NCBI RefSeq assembly: GCF_002024165.1
Contig: NZ_MWQN01000001.1
Location: forward strand, 2,737,365 to 2,769,364
DNA from: Embleya scabrispora
GTDB lineage: Bacteria; Actinomycetota; Actinomycetes; Streptomycetales; Streptomycetaceae
Direction: 5' to 3'
Length of the DNA: 32,000 nucleotides
The stretch's first letter is position 1. The number at the start of each line of letters is the position of its first letter. Positions 25,570-32,000 of this stretch are shown here, piece by piece. The translations under genes were made by a program, and so were the position numbers. The notes under the pieces were generated by a model, which saw nothing but the letters and a program-made list of their open reading frames with translations, was not told where the DNA came from and did no database searches.

Positions 25570-25587
25570 CACGCGGATGGGGCCGAT
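25547..25587 (-). terminator. Rho-independent-type terminator downstream of the Gly/Pro-rich WXG-like gene
   Basis: The minus strand reads ATCGGCCCCATCCGCGTGTGACGCGGGCGGGGCCGAT followed by TTTCG. The outer 9-bp arms are perfect and there is an inner GCGT/ACGC stem. It starts 20 nt after the stop at 25607. Confidence 0.65.
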
Positions 25588-25606
25588 CCCGAGTCCTACC
25601 CGACGA

Positions 25607-27058
25607 TCAATCGACCACCGGCGGAGCCGCGGTGCGGTCGCCCACCCACGTCTCCTCCTCCTCGCGCAGGTAGTCGGCGCGCTGCCGCCGGTTGCGCTGA
25701 TCGCGCTCCCCGCCGCCCGCGCCCATCCCGCCGCCGCCGCGCATCCCGCCGCGACCGGCGCCGGCCTGACCGCCCACCCCCGCGCCGGCCCGGCCGGCCA
25801 GACCGGTGCCGCCGGAGGAGAACTGGCCCGCCGCGCTCGCGGTACGCGGGGTGCCGCCCATCACGCCACCGCTCTGCCCGGTGAACCGGCGCCCACCCGC
25901 GCCCCCGGGCTTGCCGCCGGACGGGTGCTCGCCGCCACCGCCGCCGCCCGGACCGCGCCCGAAGGGCCGTCCGCCGGTGACCGGCTCGGTCGACGACCGG
26001 ACGTTGGGGTTGCGCCCGTTGCCGGGAAGCGGGTTCGAGGTCAACTGGGCCTTGCCACCCCCGGACTTGCCGCCCGGCGGGATGCCGCCCTTGCCGCCGC
26101 CCAACGCCGGCGGGAAGCCGCCGGGCAGACCACCGGGCGGATTCTGGAAGGGACCGCTGCCACCGGGACCGGGCAGACCGGGACCCGTGGGGCCGGGCGG
26201 CCCGTCCAACACCGGCGTGGGCCCGCTCTGGAACGGACCGGTGCCCTGGAGGTCGGTACCGGCCGGCGGCACGTAGCCACCGGGACCCCCGGACCCCGAG
26301 CCGCCCGGACCCGAGGCGTCGACGCCGGAGTGCACCACGCCGCCGTCCCCGTTGGGCCCGTGCCCGGGGATCAGCGTCCCGCCGTCACGACCCGTCGTGG
26401 CCCGCACCGTCGAGTTGTTGCCGACCCGCCGAGGGTCGCCGGTCGTGCCGCCGCCCCCCTTGTGCGTCACGTGCGGCAACGCGGGCAGCGGCGGGAATTC
26501 CACCGCCGGTGCCTTGGTCAGCGTCTCGGTGGTCACCGTGTAGGTGCTGCCCAGGCTCTCCATCCGCCGGATGGCCTCCTGGCGCGCCTTCTCCAACTCG
26601 GTCTGCGCCGAGGCGACCAGAGCCTTCTTGTCGGGGCTGTCGCCGGGTTGGCACATCAGCTTCTTGTCACCGTTGCTGTCCACGATGACCTTGGCGTTCG
26701 CCGGCACCTCCGGCATGGTCAGCAGCGCGAAGCTCAACTCGCTGCCCGCGTGGTCCATCGCGGTGCCGACCGTGCCCGAGTGCTCGGCGAACTTGCGCGT
26801 CGCGACCATGACCTTGCCGGCCCAGTCGCGGAAGCTGTCGGCCGACTTGCCCTTCCACTCCAGTCGGCTGATCCGCGTCTCCAACGCCGTCGTCAGCGTC
26901 TCCAACGTCTCCTTGGCATCGAGCAACGCCTTTCCCGACGCCGTCAGTTCGGCGGGTCGCGCGCCGTCGATCATCTTCTTCAGCGCTTCGTGCGAAAACT
27001 CGTCGAACTTGGTGGGACCGTCTCCCCACCCACCGCCACCGCCCGCATCCGCAACCAT
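25607..27058 (-). CDS. WXG-like helical N-terminal domain protein with a long Gly/Pro-rich disordered region and a charged C-terminal tail (candidate T7SS-type substrate)
   Basis: The N-terminal ~190 aa are helical with a WxG motif (RISRLEWKGKSADSFRDWAGKV). Then come about 260 aa of G/P-rich low complexity. The C-terminus is ERDQRNRRQRADYLREEEETWVGDRTAAPPVVD. ATG start. Confidence 0.7.
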   Translation of the reverse strand: MVADAGGGGGWGDGPTKFDEFSHEALKKMIDGARPAELTASGKALLDAKETLETLTTALETRISRLEWKGKSADSFRDWAGKVMVATRKFAEHSGTVGTAMDHAGSELSFALLTMPEVPANAKVIVDSNGDKKLMCQPGDSPDKKALVASAQTELEKARQEAIRRMESLGSTYTVTTETLTKAPAVEFPPLPALPHVTHKGGGGTTGDPRRVGNNSTVRATTGRDGGTLIPGHGPNGDGGVVHSGVDASGPGGSGSGGPGGYVPPAGTDLQGTGPFQSGPTPVLDGPPGPTGPGLPGPGGSGPFQNPPGGLPGGFPPALGGGKGGIPPGGKSGGGKAQLTSNPLPGNGRNPNVRSSTEPVTGGRPFGRGPGGGGGGEHPSGGKPGGAGGRRFTGQSGGVMGGTPRTASAAGQFSSGGTGLAGRAGAGVGGQAGAGRGGMRGGGGMGAGGGERDQRNRRQRADYLREEEETWVGDRTAAPPVVD

Positions 27059-27105
27059 CTCGTCACCCCGTCCCCGTAGTTCCCGTCACGTCGAATCGGC
27101 CCCGC

Positions 27106-27531
27106 TCAGGGGGACTTCGCCGGCGGCGCGGGAGCCGGCGCGTTGTTCGCGTAGTCCTGTTGCAGAGCCTTGTACTTGGCGGTGAACTCCGCCTCGTTGC
27201 CCTCGTACGTGCCCTGCACGTACTGGACGGTCATCTGCATCGCCTCGATCTGGCGCTTGAGCTGCGTCGACAGGTCGATCAGCTCGGAGCGCACGTCGAC
27301 GTAGGCCGACCACAGCCGGATCGCCTCGCCGAAGTTGCCCGAGGCGTCCAGCTCGACGCGGTTGTCCACCAGCTTGTGCGGTGCCGCGGTGGATGCGTCC
27401 AGGTCGTCCAGCGCGCGCTGCACGTCCTTTTGGAACTGCACCATCGATTCCAGTCCGACGGACAGCGCCTGCATGTCCGACGACGAGACCCCGACGGGTC
27501 CGCCGTCACCGGTGTCCGCTATGAGGACCAT
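27106..27531 (-). CDS. Small helical protein (141 aa), upstream partner of the WXG-like Gly/Pro-rich protein
   Basis: The ATG at 27531 is 9 nt after GGGGGA; the track start at 27540 is a GTG abutting the RBS. The sequence is helical (MQALSVGLESMVQFQKDVQRALDDLD ... IRLWSAYVDVRSELIDLSTQLKRQIEAMQMTVQYVQGTYEGNEAEFTAKYKALQQDY). A 47-bp gap separates it from the next gene. Confidence 0.6.
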   Translation of the reverse strand: MVLIADTGDGGPVGVSSSDMQALSVGLESMVQFQKDVQRALDDLDASTAAPHKLVDNRVELDASGNFGEAIRLWSAYVDVRSELIDLSTQLKRQIEAMQMTVQYVQGTYEGNEAEFTAKYKALQQDYANNAPAPAPPAKSP

Positions 27532-27784
27532 CTGCCACACTCCCCCGTGCGTGGAGCCGATACCTCACCCCGTCACCACGCAGCTAGTTACCAACGCACC
27601 GCGCGTGCCCCATCCGAGGCGGCGCATCGCGGCACACCCGTATCAGTGTCCTCAGACTACCCAGCCGATATGACCGATGGGTACGGGGTAACCCTCGCTT
27701 CGGACGGTGACCGGGTATCGATTCGGTGAACCACGAACGGGCGGAATACCCGACATATCCCGTCGCCGGGTCTCCCGATGCGAA

Positions 27785-29566
27785 CTATTCGGCCTCTTCG
27801 GCCAGTTCCAGCCAGCGCATCTCCAACTCGTCCCGCTCGTCCCGGATCGCGCGCAGTTCGGCGTCGAGCGCGGAGACCTTGTCGAAGTCGGTGGCATGCT
27901 CGGCCAGGCCGTCGTGCACCTTCTTCTCCCGGTCGGCCAGCTTGGACAACTGCCGCTCGACCCGCTGGAGTTCCTTCTTCGCCGCCCGGGTGTCCCCGCC
28001 GCTGCGGCGGACCGGCGCGGCGGCCGTGGCGCCCGCCTCGACGACGGCGTGCCGGCGCTGGAGGTATTCCTCGATGCCGCCCGGCAACATCCGCAACGTG
28101 CGGTCGCCGAGCAGCGCGAGCACGGTGTCGGTGGTGCGCTCGACGAAGTAGCGGTCGTGGCTGACGATCACCAGCGAACCCGGCCAGCCGTCGAGCAGGT
28201 CCTCGAGCTGGGTCAGCGTCTCGATGTCGAGGTCGTTGGTCGGTTCGTCCATGAACAGCACGTTGGGCTCGTCCATCAGCAGCCGCAGCAGCTGCAACCG
28301 GCGCCGCTCACCGCCGGACAGGTCGGAGACGGGCGTCCACTGCTTCTCGCCGGTGAAGCCGAACTGCTCGCACAGCTGACCGGCGGTCAGCTCCTTGCCC
28401 TTGCCGATCTCGACCCGCTCGCGCACCTGCGAGACCGCCTCCAACACGCGCAGCGTGCCCGGCAGTTCGACGACCTCCTGGGAGAGGTAGGCGAGCTTGA
28501 CGGTGCGCCCGACCACGATCTTGCCCGCGGCGGGTTGGCGGTCCTCGTAGGCCGCGTCCTTGAGCGCGCGAAGCAGCGAGGTCTTGCCGGCGCCGTTGAC
28601 CCCGACCAGGCCGATCCGGTCGCCCGGTCCCAGGTTCCAGGTCAGGTGCTCCAGGAGGATCTTGGGGCCCGTCTCGATCCGTACGTCGAGCAGTTCGAAC
28701 ACGGTCTTGCCCAGGCGCGCGTTGGCGAAGCCGCGCAGCGCCAGGGTGTCGCGCGGCGGCGGCTCGTCGGCGATCAGCTCGTTCGCCGCCTCGATCCGGA
28801 ACTTGGGCTTGGAGGTGCGCGCGGGGGCGCCGCGGCGCAGCCAGGCCAGCTCCTTGCGGACCAGGTTCTGCCGCTTGGTCTCCTCGGTGCTCGCGATCCG
28901 CGCGCGCTCGGCCCGGGCCAGGACGTACGCCGAGTAGCCGCCCTCGTAGTCGTGCACCTTGCCGCCCTGCACGTCCCATGTGCGGGTGCAGACCTCGTCC
29001 AGGAACCAGCGGTCGTGGGTGACCACGACGAGCGCGGAGCGCCGGGTCTTGAGGTGTCCGGCCAGCCAGGCGATGCCCTCGACGTCGAGGTGGTTGGTCG
29101 GCTCGTCGAGGATGATCAGGTCGTGCTCTTCGATCAGCAGCTTGGCCAGCGCGATCCGGCGCCGCTCGCCGCCGGACAGCGGGCCGATCACCGAGTCGAT
29201 GCCGCTCTCGAAGCCGGGCATGGACAACCCGCCGAACAGCCCGGTCAGCACGTCGCGGATGCGCGCGTCGCCCGCCCACTCGTGCTCGGGCCGGTCGCCG
29301 ACGATCTCGCGCCGTACGGTGGCCGTCGGGTCGAGGTCGTCCTGCTGGCTGAGGATGCCCAGGCTGAGCCCGCCCACGTGGGTGACCCGGCCCGAATCGA
29401 CCGGTTCCCGCTGGGCCATCACCCGGATCAGCGTGGTCTTGCCGTCACCGTTGCGACCCACGACCCCGATCCGGTCGCCCTCGGCCACGCCGAGGGACAC
29501 TTCGTCGAGCAGGGTGCGCATGACGTACGCCTTGCCGACTGACTCAAGATTGACCAGGTTCGCCAT
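27785..29566 (-). CDS. ABC-F family ATPase (two tandem NBDs, no TM domain, C-terminal coiled coil)
   Basis: There are two Walker A motifs (GRNGDGKTT, GVNGAGKTS), two signatures (LSGGERRRIALA, LSGGERRRLQLL) and two Walker B motifs (LIILDEPTNHLD, VLFMDEPTNDLD). The C-terminal helix is RAAKKELQRVERQLSKLADREKK...ELEMRWLELAEEAE. Confidence 0.9.
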   Translation of the reverse strand: MANLVNLESVGKAYVMRTLLDEVSLGVAEGDRIGVVGRNGDGKTTLIRVMAQREPVDSGRVTHVGGLSLGILSQQDDLDPTATVRREIVGDRPEHEWAGDARIRDVLTGLFGGLSMPGFESGIDSVIGPLSGGERRRIALAKLLIEEHDLIILDEPTNHLDVEGIAWLAGHLKTRRSALVVVTHDRWFLDEVCTRTWDVQGGKVHDYEGGYSAYVLARAERARIASTEETKRQNLVRKELAWLRRGAPARTSKPKFRIEAANELIADEPPPRDTLALRGFANARLGKTVFELLDVRIETGPKILLEHLTWNLGPGDRIGLVGVNGAGKTSLLRALKDAAYEDRQPAAGKIVVGRTVKLAYLSQEVVELPGTLRVLEAVSQVRERVEIGKGKELTAGQLCEQFGFTGEKQWTPVSDLSGGERRRLQLLRLLMDEPNVLFMDEPTNDLDIETLTQLEDLLDGWPGSLVIVSHDRYFVERTTDTVLALLGDRTLRMLPGGIEEYLQRRHAVVEAGATAAAPVRRSGGDTRAAKKELQRVERQLSKLADREKKVHDGLAEHATDFDKVSALDAELRAIRDERDELEMRWLELAEEAE

Positions 29567-29621
29567 CAGACCGAACCGCCATACCGCAACGCTCGCATTC
29601 GACCAAGCCTAACGGTCTCCA

Positions 29622-30563
29622 CTACACCGTGTTCTCGCGCTCCACCGGAACGACCCGGCGCGGCAGTACCCGGGCCCCGGGCACCGCGCCGAACGCGACC
29701 CGCGCGGCCCGGCAGGTGCCCGATCCGGTCAGCCGCTCGGCCACCAGGTGGGCCGTCTCCCGGTCCGGCGCCAGGAACGCGCAGGTGGGTCCGGAGCCGG
29801 AGACCAGCGAGCCGACGGCGCCCGCGGCCATCCCCGCCGCGAGCGTCGCGGCCAGCGCGGGCCGCAGCGACAACGCGGCCGGTTGCAGGTCGTTGACCAG
29901 GTTGGCGCCCAGCGCGTGCGCGTCGCCCGCCCGCAGCGCGGCGATCAGCTCGGCACGCGGCTCCGGCGGCCCGACCGGCTCGCCGGCCGACGCGCGCAGG
30001 CGGTCGCACTCGCCGTAGACGGCGGGCGTGGACAACCCGCCGTCGGCGAGCGCGAAGACCCAGTGGAAGCGCGCCGTGGTCGGCACCGACGCCAGCCGCT
30101 CGCCCCGTCCGGTACCGATCGCGGTCCCGCCCAGGTCGGAGAACGGTACGTCGCTGCCCAACTCCGCGCCGAGCCGGCGCAGCATCGGGCGCGGGGTGTC
30201 GCCGCGCCACAGCGTGTCGCACGCGAGCAGCGTGGCCGCGGCGTCCGCGCTGCCGCCGGCCATGCCACCCGCGACCGGGATGCCCTTGCGGATGTGGATG
30301 CCCACGTTCGGCTCGCGGCCGAGCCGGTCGGCGAGCAGGATCGCCGCGCGCGCGGCCAGGTTGTTGTGGTCCAGCGGGACGTCGCCGACGCCCTCGCCCT
30401 CACAGGTCACCGCGAGCCGATCCGCGGGCGTGACGGTGACCTCGTCGTACAGCGACACGGCGTGGAAGACGCTGACCAGCTCGTGGAAGCCGTCGGGCCG
30501 CACGCCGCCGACCGCGAGCTGCAGATTGACCTTCGCGGGAACGCTGACGGTGACGGAAGACAC
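29622..30563 (-). CDS. ispE: 4-(cytidine 5'-diphospho)-2-C-methyl-D-erythritol kinase
   Basis: PAKVNLQLAVGGVRPDGFHELVSVFHAVSLYDEV and the GHMP kinase motif IPVAGGMAGGSADAAATL. The GTG at 30563 is preferred because AAGGAG lies 11 nt upstream. The track start at 30665 is a GTG abutting the rsmA stop. Confidence 0.9.
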   Translation of the reverse strand: MSSVTVSVPAKVNLQLAVGGVRPDGFHELVSVFHAVSLYDEVTVTPADRLAVTCEGEGVGDVPLDHNNLAARAAILLADRLGREPNVGIHIRKGIPVAGGMAGGSADAAATLLACDTLWRGDTPRPMLRRLGAELGSDVPFSDLGGTAIGTGRGERLASVPTTARFHWVFALADGGLSTPAVYGECDRLRASAGEPVGPPEPRAELIAALRAGDAHALGANLVNDLQPAALSLRPALAATLAAGMAAGAVGSLVSGSGPTCAFLAPDRETAHLVAERLTGSGTCRAARVAFGAVPGARVLPRRVVPVERENTV

Positions 30564-30665
30564 GGCTAGTGGAACTCCTTCGTGGCCCTGTCGGGCCTCT
30601 TCGGACGCGGGCCGTGCGAACTCCCCGGCACCGTCGCCGATGGTATCGACGGCGGCACCCGGCAC

Positions 30666-31577
30666 TCAGTCGCGGGGCTCGTTCGGGGCGACTTCGGGGC
30701 GGCTGTCGAGCCCGCTGTCGGGCCGGTGCTCGGCGATCCGGGCGAACTCCGCCACCCCCAGCGCCTCGCCGCGCGTACGAGGGTCGATCCCGGCCGCGCG
30801 CAGCGCCTCCTCGGCCCCGGCCGCCGAGCCGGCCCAGCCCGCCAGCGCGGCCCGAAGCGTCTTGCGCCGCTGCGCGAAGGCCGCGTCCACCACCGCGAAC
30901 ACCTCCGCGCGGGTCGCGGTGGTCGGCGGCGGCTCGCGGCGGACGAACGACACCAGGCCGGAGTCGACGTTGGGCGCGGGCCAGAACACGTTGCGCCCGA
31001 TCGCGCCCGCGCGCTTGACGTCCGCGTACCAGGCGGCCTTGACCGACGGCACCCCGTACACCTTGCCGCCGGGCGTCGCCGCGAGCCGGTCGGCCACCTC
31101 GGACTGCACCATCACCAGGAGTCGATCGAGCGAGGGGAAGGTCTGGAGCATGTGCAGCAGCACCGGCACCGAGACGTTGTAGGGCAGGTTCGCCACCAGC
31201 GCGGTGGGCGCCGGGCCGGGCAGTTCGTCGACCGTCATGGCGTCGGCGTGCACGAGCGCGAAATCGGCCGCCCGCTCCGGCATCCGGGCCGCGATCGTGG
31301 TCGGCAGGTGCCGGGCCAGGACCGGGTCGATCTCGATCGCGACCACCCGCGCGGCGCTCTCCAGCAGGGCCAGGGTCAACGAGCCGAGGCCGGGGCCGAT
31401 CTCGACGACCACGTCGTCGGGCCGCACCCCGGCGGTGCGCACGATGCGGCGCACCGTGTTGGCGTCGATCACGAAGTTCTGGCCGAGCTGCTTGGTCGGA
31501 CGCACACCCAGGGCCTCGGCGAGCGCACGGATGTCCGCGGCACCGAGGAGTCCCGGTCCCGCGGGAAGATCACTCAC
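30666..31577 (-). CDS. rsmA: 16S rRNA (adenine1518-N6/adenine1519-N6)-dimethyltransferase
   Basis: [20 protein letters not shown], the SAM motif [17 protein letters not shown], and [14 protein letters not shown]. The GTG start overlaps the rpf stop (GTGA). Confidence 0.9.
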   Translation of the reverse strand: MSDLPAGPGLLGAADIRALAEALGVRPTKQLGQNFVIDANTVRRIVRTAGVRPDDVVVEIGPGLGSLTLALLESAARVVAIEIDPVLARHLPTTIAARMPERAADFALVHADAMTVDELPGPAPTALVANLPYNVSVPVLLHMLQTFPSLDRLLVMVQSEVADRLAATPGGKVYGVPSVKAAWYADVKRAGAIGRNVFWPAPNVDSGLVSFVRREPPPTTATRAEVFAVVDAAFAQRRKTLRAALAGWAGSAAGAEEALRAAGIDPRTRGEALGVAEFARIAEHRPDSGLDSRPEVAPNEPRD

Positions 31578-32000
31578 GAGAAGAGCCTACTGCCGCACAG
31601 CGGCCACGGACTCGCCCCGCGCTGGACATACATGAGCTTTGCCCGGTATGTCTGCTCGGACGCCGGCGCCTGACTGGCCACCCCGCTGCCGCCCATCGAC
31701 TGCCACGTCTGCGCGTCGAACTGGTAGAGGCCGTGATAGGTCCCCGACGCGTCCACCACGTTCGCCCGGCCGCCCGACTCGCACTGCGCGAGCGCGCCCC
31801 AGTTGAGCTGGTCGGCCCCCGCCACCGAGTCCGGCTTCTCCTTGGTGCCGACCTTGACGATCTGGGTGACCGGCTCCTTGATCACCTTCTCCGAGATCTT
31901 GCGCGGCTCCTGCTTGACGCCGTTGATCGTCTCGTAGGAGAAGGTGATCTGCCGCAGCCCGGTCACACCCTTGGTGGCGACCTCCTCGGTGCCCTTGAAC
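31574..32000 (-). CDS. rpfB: Resuscitation-promoting factor, RpfB-like (3' part only: G5 domain plus Rpf transglycosylase-like domain; the 5' end lies beyond the window)
   Basis: The frame is open to the window edge (...[56 protein letters not shown] is G5-like). It is followed by [39 protein letters not shown] (Rpf domain). The rpfB-ksgA-ispE order is as in mycobacteria. Confidence 0.85.
   Translation of the reverse strand, partial: FKGTEEVATKGVTGLRQITFSYETINGVKQEPRKISEKVIKEPVTQIVKVGTKEKPDSVAGADQLNWGALAQCESGGRANVVDASGTYHGLYQFDAQTWQSMGGSGVASQAPASEQTYRAKLMYVQRGASPWPLCGSRLFS

Noticed and set aside
23170-27079. Very long plus-strand ORFs (904 aa at 23170..25884 and 854 aa at 24515..27079)
   Set aside because: They are antisense to the well-supported PPOX, CapD-like and WXG-like genes, and they cross an intergenic repeat and terminator. 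The composition is Arg/Pro/Gly-dominated with no recognisable domain.

Overview
This is a high-G+C actinomycete chromosomal window (Streptomyces-like gene content; G+C judged by eye, not computed). Both ends are conserved housekeeping DNA. On the left are a bldA-type tRNA-Leu(UAA), a lone ABC ATPase, ndh, and the ppx / DUF501 / ftsB(divIC) / eno block. On the right are an ABC-F ATPase, ispE, rsmA(ksgA) and the 3' part of an rpfB-like gene.

Between them (about 7.1-27.7 kb) lies an accessory stretch with these parts:
- A four-gene, translationally coupled polymorphic-toxin operon: an SseB/SAV_915-like protein, a small helical protein, a 1477-aa Rhs toxin, and an overlapping immunity candidate. 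The toxin has a WXG-type (T7SS-style) N-terminus and an unassigned 107-aa C-terminal tip.
- A trail of small unassigned genes, including a visibly low-G+C three-gene cassette bracketed by copies of a ~210-bp repeat family.
- An XRE/DUF5753 plus DUF397 regulator pair.
- A DUF4232 lipoprotein.
- A two-gene ATP-grasp ligase cassette.
- PPOX-like and CapD-like genes.
- A second WXG-like pair: a helical protein plus a Gly/Pro-rich protein.

No T7SS core genes, integrase, transposase, rRNA or CRISPR array were seen. The most promising candidate for an undescribed system is the Rhs toxin operon with its unassigned toxin/immunity pair, its accessory proteins and the repeat-bracketed cassette downstream. 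All family calls rest on motif recognition in the supplied translations. No database search was run.
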